64,000 nucleotides of DNA from Raja brachyura (Eukaryota). The notes below the pieces were generated by a model, which saw nothing but the letters and a program-made list of their open reading frames with translations, was not told where the DNA came from and searched no databases. The DNA lies in the NCBI GenBank assembly GCA_963514005.1, contig OY740804.1, forward strand, positions 12,338,001 through 12,402,000, read 5' to 3'. The position numbers were made by a program, and so were the translations under genes. Shown here one piece after another: positions 27,701-40,899 of this stretch. Numbering within the stretch: position 1 is the first letter of the stretch; the number at the start of each line of letters is the position of its first letter.

Positions 27701-29501
27701 GTTTCACTTCTCTTCTTGACCTACCCACATTTACCGTACAAATTAAATGTGCATGGACCAGGAATACTTGGCTCAACAATTAAGGAATTATCAACCAATT
27801 TGACAATGACAATTGCACAATCATACCTTTCCTCAGCACAATCAGTTCTTGATCAGTGAAAGTACAATTAGAGTTTTTTCTTGAAGGCATCTGAATTTGC
27901 TTGATTTGATTTTCACAAGTCTAAATGTAATGTTTTAGATGGGAATTCAAAAAGAGAATTTGAACTGTTCCTCGTGAATTTGTAAAGTTTTATGTTTTGA
28001 AACCTAATTTTTTTTAAATGTAAAAATCTAGTTGAATGGCCATGGCTTTTTGAGCAGGGTCCCCGAGATCAAAAGAAATAAAGTTAGTGGTAATTAAGCA
28101 GCACTGTAGACTGGCTTCTCTCACCCACCAAAAACGATTACACCAGATACACGTTGGGGCTGTGATGCCAGGAAGTAAAGAAACATAAATCAGCATAATG
28201 AGTTTTAATCTCAAAATAATGCTGGTAGAGGTGCTCGGTATTATAAATAACCCTTTTAATACAAGGAACACAAGTGGATTTTCCAGAGATCGAAAAAGGT
28301 GCACACTTCATGGATGAAAACAATATCGCCTAAATACCAAAGAACTTCTACAAATATGACAGTAATACTTAAAATTCCTGGCACTCATTAGCCCATTTTC
28401 CCTCAAAATATTACTTATCGTGAAGAGAACCGTTTCTTGCATCCAGTTTGGAGAATGCAATTGAACTTTTAATTTTAACCAGACAACACAAGAGAAAAAG
28501 GTGTGAACAGATGTAGGATTGTGGAACCAAAGTGCTTGCGAATCCAGTCATTGTTGTGCCTGAAGGATAAACTCAAGATTTTACCAAAAGTTGCTTGCAT
28601 TGGAAGAGCACACAAATCGGATTGTGATTAAAGATCATTTGCATGGAGCAGCCAAGGTTGGTGGGGAAATAAACAATATTTCCTGAGAAGTATGGAATGG
28701 AAGGTTCAGAAAGCCAGCACATAGCCAATTCTGACTGTTCCATCGATTAAGAGATTCGCACTACAACTGCAGCTCATTAAAAATAATTAATGTATGTTCA
28801 ATTAGGGCCCCAATAACAGAAAAGCTGAAAATCAATAAGCATCACTTTTTCATGTTGCTCACACACAAGTTCCATCTAGATGAAGGCTATGAAATTTCAA
28901 ACTTGAATCCTCAAGTCTAAGTCTAACAGATGACAATTACTTTCAATACCACCAGGTGGGAGATGCAGACAAGGTACTCTCTCAAAGGAGCAGGAATTCA
29001 ATCATCAGCTTTCCATTGGATTTATTGATTTATGGGAACTACATATGGTATGTGGAGAACAAAGAATTTAACGTACTGACCTTCCTTCACCCACTACCCA
29101 TCCCCATCCCAAGCATTAATATTTTAGGATTTGAAAAAGGTCAGGCTTCCTGCATGCTGTTATTAAAAAAAACTCAATTTGAAGTTGGTAAGACAGTTGT
29201 TCCATAAGATATCTACTTCAATCCATATTAAATAAAATTAGATTGCTGTCGGAGAAGATAATGCATTGTAAATTTAGCTTCGGAACTGTAACTTACAGAA
29301 TAGTAAATACTCTAAGAGTCAGAATTATACAGCATGGAAACAGGCCCATTGGCCCACCAAGTCTGCACTGACTTTCAAACACCCATTCGCACTAATCCAG
29401 TTTTATATTCTCCCCACATTCCCATCAACTCTTTCCAATAGTGTTAATGACGTTGGCAAGATATTTCCCTAATCTCAATGCAGCAACATAATTATCTTTA
29501 C

Positions 29502-29611
29502 CTGACCAGTGATCCTTTCTTCAGGCAAAATTTCAGGCTTTACTTTCAGCAGTTTAACAGCAATAGGTTTTCCAGTCCGTCTGTCAGAGGACACTTCGAA
29601 TTCCACATCAT
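29502..29611 (-). CDS. CSDE1: CSDE1 coding exon, 110 nt
   Basis: ctgcag|ATGATGTG...GGTCAG|gtaaag; (D)DVEFEVSSDRRTGKPIAVKLLKVKPEILPEERITGQ. Confidence 0.97.
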
Positions 29612-30399
29612 CTGCAGATGATTCAGATGGGTTATCATGGAGCTCTTACAATGCCACAACATGAAATTGTCAATTTTGTACATACAATATTTTAAACAAA
29701 AGTGCAATACTTCCATTAACAATCTGAATGCAAGATAATAGTTTGAGGTAGCAAGAAGACATTACATCTCAATGACACCTATTTTGTTGAATACAATGGG
29801 TGCACTCCTAGTGCATACTTCCCTCAGGTTGTGGCAAGTGTGAAATTGTTTTAGAGCAACTCAGCGAGATCTGCATTCTGGGGAATATTACAGTTATACC
29901 AGTTGATATATTTGCATGATTATCTACTCGGGTTTCAGAACAAAATATTAGTTTAATTCCATGGTAGTTTCTGCTCAGGGGACAATCCACCTGCACTCGC
30001 TAATCTACCAACCCAGTATGGTCCGCTTCCATCTCACCTGGGCTACCCAAGTCTCATGTAGGGATCCCAATCGTGTATTAGAGAAAATTGGTTTTAAACT
30101 AAAACAGGGCTCCAAACGTCTTACAAAAAAAAATAGAATTGGGCAGACATCCTAAGGAAAATTAGTTTCTTAAAAGGGGCAAATTAACATGACCAGGAAA
30201 AAGGCAGAGGATCCAAAAGAATACCCTGGAGGTTGTAGCTGCAGGATTGTCAAACCTCCCAGCACCAGTACTGTCCACCTGGAGGGCCAGTAAAGGATAC
30301 CTGAGGTCAGGGAGCACGTTGGCACAACCCAATGTCCAGAGCAAGGGTGCAGATCCTACTCTAAACACAGGAGTACTTCATTAGCAGATGGGTGTGACA

Positions 30400-31035
30400 C
30401 TATAGCAGTGGTACAGGCCTGAAACCTGTTCCTGTGACTATGGTGTGCCTCAGGGATCAGCGCTGGACCCATTGCCGTTTGTGGTTTAGAACAACGATTC
30501 GGATGAGAATGCAGAAGGAATGATTATTAGCTAGTATGCAGATGACACCAAAGTGGGCAGCATCGTAGATAGCGATGATGGTTATCAAAATTGACAGCAA
30601 GTCACCCTGCTATAGGAAGTATGTTGTTAAGCTGGAAAGAGTGTAGAGAAGATATACGAGGATGTCACCAGGACTTCAGAACGTGAGCTACAGGGAACAG
30701 CTGGGACTTTATTCCTTGGAATGCGAGAGGGTGAATACAGAGTCTTTGACCCAGCGTAGGGGAAATCAAGAACCAGAGAAAATAGGTTTAGGTAAGAAGA
30801 AAGATTTAATAGGAACCCAAGGGGCAATGTTTTCCACACAGAGGGTGGTGGGTATACAGAACAAGTTGCCAAAACAAAGATATTAAAACAACCTGTACGA
30901 CATTTGAACAGGTACACGGATAGGAAAGGTTTAGAGGATATTGGCCAAACACCGGCAGGTGGGACTAGTAGAGATGGGGCATCTTGGTTGGCATGGGTAA
31001 GTTGGGCCCAAAGGCCTGTTTCCGTGCTATACGAC
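30400..31035 (+). mobile_element. Degenerate CR1 3' fragment
   Basis: GCAGATGACACCAAAGTGGG (ADDTKVG), SYREQLGLYSLE, CR1-type 3'UTR. Confidence 0.7.
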
Positions 31036-31185
31036 TAATATTGGAAAACTGTACTGAAGCACAAATCCATCACTGCATAAAACAGGAACACAAAATTAGT
31101 GGGTATATCCTTTAAAGATTGACACAGGCATAATTTAAATAAATCTGAAGTCAGTTACCTACTTGGTAGGAGTATAGACCAAGGA

Positions 31186-32447
31186 CTTTTTTTGAAGATG
31201 TAACTAGGAAAATGGACAAGGGAGAGCCAATGGATGTAGTGTACCTGGACTTTCAGAAAGCATTTGATAAGGTCCCACATAGGAGATTAGTGGGCAATAT
31301 TAGGGCACATGATATTGGGGGTAGAGTGCTGACATGGATAGAGAAGTGGTTGGCAGACAGGAAACGAAAAGTAGGGATTAACGGGTCCCTTTCAGAATGG
31401 CAGGCAGTGACTAGTACCGCAGTGACTAGTAGGCAGGGTACCGCAAGGCTCAGTGCTGGGACCACAGCTATTTACAATGCACATCAATGATTTGGATGAA
31501 GGGATTCAAAGTAACATTAGCAAATTTGCAGATGACACAAAGCTGGGTGGCAGTGTGAACTGTGAGGAGGATGCTATGAGAATGCAGGGTGGACAGGGTG
31601 GGGGAGTGGGCAGATGCATGGCAGATTAAATTTAATGCAGATAAATGTGAGGTTATCTACTTTGGTTGCAAAAACAGGAAGGCAGATTACTATCTAAATG
31701 GCATCAAGTTTGGAAAAGGGGAAGTACAACGGGATCTGGGGGGTCCTTGTACATCAGTCTATGAAAGTAAGCATGCAGGTACAGCAGGCGGTGAAGAAAG
31801 CAAATGGCATATTGGCCTTTATAACAAGAGGAACCGAATATAGGAGCAAAGAGGTCCTTCTGCAGTGGTACAGAGCCCTAGTGAGAACACACCTGGAGTA
31901 TTGTGTGCAGTTTTGGTCCCCTAATTTGAAGAAGGTCATTCTTGCTATTGAGGGAGTGCAGCGTAGGTTTACAAGGTTAATTCCCGGGATGGCGGGACTG
32001 TCATATGCTGAGAGAATGGAGCGGCTGGGCTTGTACACTCTGGAGTTTAGAAGGATGAGAGAGGATCTCATTGAAACATATAAGATTGTTAAGGGCTTGG
32101 ACACACTAGAGGCAGGAAACATGTTCCCGATGTTGGGGGAGTCCAGAACCAGGGACCACAGTTTAAGAATAAGGAGTGAGCCATTTAGAACGGAGACGAG
32201 GAAATACTTTTTCTCACAGACAGTGGTGAATCTGTGGAATTCTCTGCATCAGAGGGCGGTGGACGCAGGATCTCTGGATGCTTTCAAGAGAGAGCTAGAT
32301 AGGGCTCTTAAAAATAGCGAGTCAGGGGATATGGGGAGAAGGCAGGAACGGGGTACTGATTGGGGATGATCAGCCATGATCACATTGAATGGTGGTGCTG
32401 GCTCGAAGGGCCAAATGACCTACTCCTGCACCTATTGTCTATTGTCT
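31186..32447 (+). mobile_element. 5'-truncated CR1 LINE (RT C-terminal half + 3'UTR)
   Basis: YLDFQKAFDKVPHRRL, FADDTKL, RTHLEYCVQFWSP; (CTATTGT)n tail. Confidence 0.95.
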
Positions 32448-34167
32448 TGGCATTTACTCTTAACAAGAGCTGGTAAGTAGTCTACCAACTTTTTTTAAAG
32501 ATATGTGCATCGGGCTCAAGGGATACCCAGAGGAGACACTGCACTATATTTATGAATATGGTTGGAAAGGAAATGTGTACAGCTTCTTGACTTCCAAGTG
32601 GGAAATGCTTGCTTCACAGAAACAGCTAAGTTGTATCAACGGCTAGATTTAAACCTTTTCGGGTCTGGATCATCTTTGCCAAATTATCTGGAGCACTGCC
32701 TTGAGAACTCGCAAAATATAGGAGATGTTGAAGAGATAAATTCTGCAGAAGGTGCAGAAGAGCAAAACTGAAGAGATAGGTTAAAAAAAGGACTAACCAT
32801 TCTAAATTTTCTGGCAGAGCGAGGGGCCAAGGTCAAAACCCGATCCTCAAATCCCACCACTTTCCCAGATATCTCAAGCTCCCAAACACTTTCCTACAGG
32901 AGTTTTGCACATCCGAGAAAATACCTTGCAGCTGAAGAGTGAGAAACTCTTGACACCTCTCTCCACCTACCCTTAGACTTGATGGCGTGGCAAAGGAGGG
33001 ACTTGTTTTTGCCAATCCATCAATGTGGCATTATATCCAAATCTTAATACTCCACACTGATTGACAAAATCTGTTTATTTTGCACAAGCCTTATCGATTT
33101 TCTCCACTCATCCCTATCCCCAACTTCATTTTGAATACAGCTATTAAATCACTGCGATAGGTCATTGTGTCAATGCCAATAAAATGGTTTCATACCAGAG
33201 AAAACCATCCCATAGGAATACATTTGTGCTTATAACAAGAGATACAATGGGACAAAGGGGGATTGCTTTACACAAAATAAAATCGCAATATGGATGGTGT
33301 TGCAATAATGCGACCCCTCCATAGTGAGGGGGAGCCCATATTTCCAAGGAGTAAAAAAACAAGGAGTGATCTCAGGGTAGCAGTTGAGTGCCTGGCTTGA
33401 AAGTTTTTTCCCTGAACAAGAAAATTAATGTGCCATGTACAGAATTGTTTTACCTTTATCTTAAATGTTTAACGTTGCGCACCCTCAGGAAGGAAAGATA
33501 AATATGGATGGGGTTGTACCAGGCACAAAAGGAATATGGCCGTGGCCTTTTAACAGCCAGTATTGAGGTAGTCAGCTGCATCATCAATAGTGTTCCCATC
33601 GTCATTTGGCCACAAAGTAGGCTACCCATAGATGGCAAAGTTCAGATCTATTTGAAATTCTTCATAATGAAAAAAATCCTGACTGTTGCCAGTACGATTT
33701 GCATATTGTCCAAGCTCAAACCAATGTAGTCTAAACCTCATGTCCTAATAGTCAATGACCAAGTGCATAAGAATATAACCCTCTCCAAATACTTTCATTA
33801 GTAGTACCACTTTCAAATCACTCAGTGGCCTTAGGACCACCTAAAATTGAAATGGATCAACCACAAAAGCCACAGCATGTCAAAGATAAGATATTCTGTG
33901 GCAAGTGACTCCAAAATACCTACAAGTCACAGCATGTGCGTGTGGCATATTCTCCATTTAGCTGGATGAAGCCGATACCTATACATACAGCTATACAGCA
34001 TCAAAACATTTCAAATCACAATTTCAAATTTGTCTTGCAAAATGCAAAGCTGGTTCTATCTGCCCAAGACTAAATCCACAGAAAGTGGCAGCCACCTTAA
34101 CTTCAAGACTAGACGAATACAGAAGCTGAGCCAACCACCCAAGAAAGTAAAGTATACTCAGTGACTA

Positions 34168-34406
34168 AAGGGCCTGTCCCACTTGGCGATTTTTTTCAGC
34201 GACTGGCGGCATCATTGACTGACGTATCAGGTCACTGAAAAAGTCGCCGCGTGATGATGTATTGATGAGCGGTGTTTCCTCAGGTGTCGCAACATTTTTG
34301 TCGCTGCTGGATTTTGAAATGTTCAAAATCTTTCAGCAACCCTGATACGTCAGTTAATGATGCTGGCAGTCGCCGAAAAAAAAGTCACCAAGTGGGACAG
34401 GCCCTT
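34168..34406. mobile_element. MITE (non-autonomous DNA transposon, Harbinger-like termini)
   Basis: ~75-bp imperfect TIRs AAGGGCCTGTCCCACTTGG.../...CCAAGTGGGACAGGCCCTT flanked by TA on both sides. Confidence 0.85.
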
Positions 34407-35120
34407 TAGATATTTTACTTGTAGCAAATGAAAGAAAGGTTTGGAATAATCCTCTGATTCATTCTTCTGACTGACTTTGCATGTCTTGGTAACCATGATT
34501 TAACTATGACAAAATAATTTTGATATTCTTTAATGCAATTTCACTTCCATGTTTTGTTATCCTTTTCAATGAGCTTCATTGTTATTCCTTTGTCAATTGT
34601 CTACAGTGGGTCAGCTCTGCCAAATTTGAAAAACAAATATGTTCATCTATTTATGTATTGCCCTACATTTAGGCAGAATTTCAAGTTATGCTTGCACAAA
34701 ACTGCCAAAACAAAATATCCAAGTTCATTTGTGTAATACAGATTTACTGTGAAAGAGACGCACCAATCCCTGTTCTATAGCCAGGCAATCCCATTACAGA
34801 ACATTGTGGATGGGGAGCTAGGCATTGATGTCTCAGCAGTTTTAATTGAAAAACATTTGTGCTCTCATTCACTTGAATGTACTGCCCATGTCAGAAATGT
34901 GAAATGTAGAATATAATGGTGTGCATTTAAAAACATTTAAACATAAGCACGACACATATTTTACACAAACGTGTTAATTAACAATTTGAATTGAAATAAG
35001 AAATTTCAAAATAAATTAGTGCCCTACATATAACGTTATTCCACTTCATACAGGGCAATGAAGTGCCCATAAAATGGACAACTGGAACATTACACATATC
35101 AAGCAGTGACAATTTCTCAC

Positions 35121-35319
35121 CTCCCACTTTCAGATCTTGGAGATTACCACTGTATTGTGAGCAATGGAAGAATAGTCTGGCTTGACGTTCAGTGCACTGG
35201 ATAAAACCATATGATGCCAGCAGCTTCTCAATAACGCCAGTTTCGCGCAGGGCTCCCGAGGTACCGTTAGCAAAACCAGAGTGGCCATTGTTATGCAAGA
35301 GGTTTGGATCAAAGCTCAT
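35121..35319 (-). CDS. CSDE1: CSDE1 coding exon with the main ATG (CSD1 start), 199 nt
   Basis: tcgcag|ATGAGCTTT...GTGGGAG|gtgaga; MSFDPNLLHNNG...LQDLKVG. Confidence 0.98.
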
Positions 35320-37275
35320 CTGCGACAAGGATATATAAAAAGAGATATTCATGAATTTAACTGACACCCCAATTCACTACAAACCAAAACATGCTGCAAC
35401 CAGATAACATTGATAACAAATGCAGTAAAAAAAAACTACCTATGTAACTGAAATCTAAACAAAAAATTAGTAATAGTTTCTATAAGAAATCTCACCAAGC
35501 AATTCACAAAATAGAATACATAGACAATTGCAGAATGAGAATTCAATATTTGAGTAGGATGAGAAAGGGGAGAAACGGCAGAAGAACACCAAGCAGATTC
35601 ACTGACATTCTTCAATTACTCACCACATACTGCAGGTTCAGGTTGGTTACTAATATGCAGGAACTGTTGCTTCATTATACCATTGGAACATTTATAAATT
35701 AAATAATTTCCACTATATTATCTTAGCAAGGAGGGGAAAAAAATCTTTAATGATAATGCTTTCAGAGGATTAAAACAATTACTCCAGGGTTCTAAATTTC
35801 AGCATTAACATACCGTGTACATTTCAAGTTTGAAAGCATGAAGATAATTTATAATTAATATTCACAAGACAGTTTAATACTATGACAAAGTACAGGTAAT
35901 TCTGCTATAACGCAATAGTTGTGCTATGAAACCTGGTATGATTTTCAAAAATAGGTCTTTTGTACAAGTTTGTTTTTGTTACTGCATGTTAAAAATATTA
36001 AGATACTCTTAAATCATTTAAGAGTTTTTCATTGCACAAGTGTCAATAGGGCATTGGTTGTCAATTTATATGACCACCAGTGGATATTGTAGTAGTATTG
36101 TTCTTGAGACAATTGGAAACTTTTTTCTGTATATTATATAAATCCAAAATAGCTTTGTCGGCTTTACAATTCAGAAAGTAACTTAACTGCTTCTCTAATT
36201 CCCAATCAAAATCTCATTATCAGTAATTTGGCCTCCAAAATGCAGATTGCATTTCCAATTTTAACAATCACATTATATCCAATTCACGTTAAGGAATTAT
36301 AGCAGAACTACCACCATGTTGTTTTATCCAAGCAACGTTCTAAAGTGAAGATTACATTTCAGACTGGCCCATTATTTGCAACTAAATTATTTAGAAACGG
36401 GTGCAGAAAAAAAGGACAATAAATAAAATCACTGGGTGCAAGTTTGGTGTTTGTTAGTTTGAATTCAACATGCATCTACATTAATCATTGTTTAATTAGC
36501 AATACAAACCAGCTTTGAGCATTAGGATCCAAAAAGGTGATGCTGACAAATTACTATCAAAAGACCCAAGTTGCTCCTACCATAACAAATTTTCTTTGGA
36601 ACTATTACGGTAGTTCTTTAATATTCAAGACAGCCAAAAGAAAACAGGATACAAAGATCGGGTTGTGACTTTTGTTTGAATATTGGGGATTATTTCCATT
36701 TCCTCATGCTAAATGGGACTCAGAACTTAAAGTAAAACCTGCTGCAATTAACAAGATCAGCTTTTCAACCCAGATTTTTACAGTAGTGTCCAACTCATTT
36801 AAACTCTGAAAAATCTATACCAGAAACATTAGCCAGTCTATTCTCCCCATATCTGATGTCCGATTGTAGTGAGGTCATTACTTCATACAATCTTTAGGAT
36901 GCAAAGTAGTTTTACACATGGTGCTCAGGTACGGGTGTAAAGTATACCAGGTGTTTAAACTTGCTCCCAGAAAGATCTTAGATGCCAGCAACATCAAACA
37001 CGCTGTCACCAAATAGCCATGTGCTCCAAACATTGCCATGCCTCAATTTAAATTTGGTTTACAAGATTATGACAAGAAGTGGCTGATAGATCAATTTATA
37101 TTACCAACTACAAAATTAACAATGCTCTAACCACCTAAAAATAGTTAAACGCTTAGGGTGTAAATAAAAAGCAATGTCCATGCAAGTGGGCTTATATCCC
37201 AAGTTCAAACTAATGCTGTTACTACATGCTGTTAGCACAAGTAAGAGATTAAATTCTCAATTCTTCCCCACTTAC

Positions 37276-37410
37276 TGATCTCTGATAAAGTGGAATTCTC
37301 TTCTGTTTTTTAGCACTGATTGAGGCAGAACGTGTTGAAAGAGGGTGACAGGGAGTACTGGAAGTTGAAGGATTATGATGCTCTGAAGACGCAGCGTAGA
37401 GATTCTCCAT
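37276..37410 (-). CDS. CSDE1: CSDE1 alternative exon encoding a 45-aa N-terminal extension (exon 37276-37417)
   Basis: ctccag|CTATAAAATGG...TCA|gtaagt; MENLYAASSEHHNPSTSSTPCHPLSTRSASISAKKQKRIPLYQRS resembles the long human isoform (MEN...KKQKRTPTYQRS); phase 0 into the MSFDPN exon. Confidence 0.88.
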
Positions 37411-40289
37411 TTTATAGCTGGAGTGCGAAAGTAAAGCATCATAGAACAAATCTATGAAAACCCAGTTGCATTTTGTAAACAACATCCATATGAAAAGGAC
37501 ATTCCACATGAAAAGGACATTAAATTCACTACATAAATGTTCATTTTCAGTATGTGCCATAATATATGGACATTGAAGACAACCAGTAATTACAAAAATG
37601 GCTTGGCCTCAACTTAGCAAGCAGACCAATGCAAACTAAGAAAATTCAGGCTTCAAACTTTAGTCCACTGGCGATCTCAGCAGAAGTGGTAATAAGAACA
37701 TTACTGTTCATGGCAAGGTCATTTAAAAATCCTTTTAATGCTCACACCCACCCAGGCTAAGCTCAGCTGAATTTCATCCAAGCTTGAGGTTTGCAAAGGA
37801 CAAATGTGTAGCACACTGCAGTTAGAACAGGAGAAGATCCGGGGGGGGGGGGGGGGGGGGGGGGGGGAGGGGAGAATGCCAAGCAGACATGGAAAACTAT
37901 TTCAAACACTTTTGACACTCAATATCCTTGTTTAAAATGACGAATGCCGTCATTTGTACCAGTCACTATAAACACAATTTTGCTATTCAGTGTTCAAAAC
38001 ACCATAAATCCCAATTGGCGAGGGATACAAATCAATTATGATCATTCTAAAATAAAATCTAGTTACAGACAGAACCATACCTAATGCAACTCTGCTGAAA
38101 GGATATCATACTAGTCAACCTACCTTGGATCTTAGTTAATCATGCTTTCAACCAAGTTTCAATCCTCATTTTCAAATCCCTTCATGCTCTCAGCAAATCT
38201 ATGAAGTAACAGCTCTGCAAATCCATCAGTTTTCCAATTCTGGCCTCAGTCATTCTCGAATTTTATTGTTATTCCACTAGCAATTAGGACATTAAATGCT
38301 AAAATACTCTTCAAATACTTCTCACATCCAAACCTTGTAAAGGAGTTATGCCCAAATCTTTGACCAATTTTTTAGTTATACTTTTCCACATTTCTACCCT
38401 CTGCCACAAATTCTTCGAATTTGTAATGTTCTAGAAGACGCTCATTTTCAATCACACTGCTAAAATGTTTACACAATTGTCCACAAAACTGACATCAAAA
38501 TGCGTCAGTCCAGCCATCGTTCGCACTTAAACTATTCCTGTTACACCATTTCAACGGTTCAACTGTGCTTTTGTTGTCACATGTGAAACGCACAGTGAAA
38601 TTCTTTCCTTACATACAGTCCAGAAAAGTATTGTCATCCCCAAGCACAATCAATAATTAGCAGTGTACAGAAATAGTCCACTGAGCTCACATGCAGGAGA
38701 TGCCATATTTTAGGTGCCATTTCAAAATCCAGTCTGCGCTCTGGGTCTTGAGCATTGCCCGATCCAGGCAAACATTAGGCTGTTGCGGGCCTCAAGCCAC
38801 CACCTTCCTTGGTGTGGATTGACCAGCGAAGAGATGTCCCTCTCCTCGCCTGTCCCCCTTTGTGCCCTGGGGGCACCTTCCGCAGCCGACCTCGAGGGTG
38901 CAGTAGGCCAGTCCCTCTCCTGCTGGCCATGCGCCTTGCACATTGTGCCCATCATCGTTGTGGCCGGCCTCCCCCCAAACAGGCTGTGGTATCCCCGATC
39001 TTGCGTCCGGCCACGGGGACGAGAACTCTTCCCCACCCCTTCTCATGCAAGCGAGAATGTTCAATGTTTTTCCACCTCCACCTCAGCAATCATCCTTTAC
39101 ACATGAAACAGCAATTTACTTGTATTTTGCGTATTTACTACTTAAATGCAAACCAAGCGCTGAGGCCAATAAACACATGCCTATTTGTACCATGAAGGTT
39201 ACCAGTTATACTCAAAATGGATAACACATATCCAAATAATATTGTTATTCTTTTCTATTATGTAACCAGCAGAGATAATTGATGCTTTTCTTTGGCATTT
39301 ATAACAATAACTGATGCTCATAGCACTGCTTTACTGCTCCACAGCCATTACAGCCATTTTGAATCTTTAGCAAGCTCCTAATAAGCAGTATAGAGTACAT
39401 TAGTTGAACTGAGAGAGGGCATATCATTCTTGCTCCCACCAACAACCATTCAAGTGTTTTAAGATACAAGATCATAGATTTCTAGCGAAATTTTGCTGAC
39501 ATACGTAATTAAGTGGAACATACAGGCTGCACAGAAAACATTAAAGCCTGGTCTTTAAAATAATAAATAAATGTTAATGTAATAATTCACTTGAAATGGT
39601 TTGGAATACAATAAAAGGCAAGCTGTTAAAGCAGCAACAAGCAAATCTGACTGGATCTTCGGTGCTTCAGATGGACTGATCCATCTATGGGGATTGCAGC
39701 TGCTGCAGGTTTGAATAGACTCAAGAACACTAAGCAAATTGACCAATTAAAAAATGGTCATTGTGAAATGCAGATTACAGACACTGGTACCCGGGGTAGA
39801 AGATTGCAACCTTCACGTGGTCCGCCCTGCTTCGACGAATGCAATCAACGCGGCGTGCACAATCAAATAAAACAAGTTGTCCAACAACTTTAGGCTGTGC
39901 ACGCCATATGCAAGAAGAAGAAGACGACGACACTGGTTCCCATCTAAAGAACCATGTTACCACACAACGACACAAAATATTAAAGTAACTCAGCAGATCA
40001 GGCGAAATCTTCGGTGAAGATGAATGGGTGACGTATCTGATCGGGACCCTTTTTCTGGGAAGGTTCTTAACCTAAAATATAATCAACCTATGTTCTCCAC
40101 AGATACTGCCTGACCTGCAGAGTTACTCCAGCATTGTCTCTTTAAAAAATATATATAAACCAGCATCTGCACTTCCTTGTATCCACATGTTACCATACAT
40201 CCAGTTAAGTCAACCATTACAAAAAACAAAAATATATTGTTGCTCCTCCCCACCAAGGCAACATTTTACAGCAGGCAAAAGTTTACCTT

Positions 40290-40612
40290 GTCCAGAACAA
40301 GGGGTCACAGTCCAGAACAAGGGGGTCACAGTTTAAGGATATGGGGGAAGTCTTTTAGGACCGAGATGAGAAAAACATTTTTCACGCAGAGTGTGGTGAA
40401 TCTGTGGAATTCTCTGCCACAGAAGGTAGTTGAGGCCAGTTAATTGGCTATATTTAAGAGGGAGTGAGATGTGGCCCTTGTGGCTAAAGGGATCAGGGGG
40501 TATGGAGGTAAGGCAGGTACAGGATACCGAGTTGGATGTTCAGCCATGATCATATTGAATGGCGGTGCAGGCTGGAATGGCCTACTCCTGCACCAATCTT
40601 CTATGTTTCTAT
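40290..40612 (+). mobile_element. CR1 3'-end fragment
   Basis: SRTRGHS...FFTQSVVNLWNSLPQKVVEA and a CTATGTTTCTAT tail. Confidence 0.85.
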
Positions 40613-40899
40613 ATTTATCAACAGTGGGTTATGGACCATGGTAGTACTGCTAATCTTTGCAACTGCACTTAAGTTTCACCCATTCTTCATCCATTTTTCA
40701 ATGTCATCATAAAGAGAAATCCGGAGTTAATACTATTCCACTCTTAACCAAGGGCAGGGACAAACTCAGCCAAGAATTAATATTTTGGAATCAAAACACT
40801 GATCCAACAACTCGAAATAAACAATTCCTATAAAAACAAAATAGGCAAATGGCTTTCAAAAAGATTATTGCGTCATTTGAATACTATTATTCCGTATCC

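Noticed and set aside
37839-37866. Long poly-G/poly-C runs here and at ~745, 4515, 11509, 19050 and 48746
   Set aside because: Simple homopolymers, often inside TE remnants, whose length may be a sequencing artefact
38714-39224. Several overlapping ORFs in a GC-rich patch
   Set aside because: No recognisable protein; probably a decayed repeat fragment
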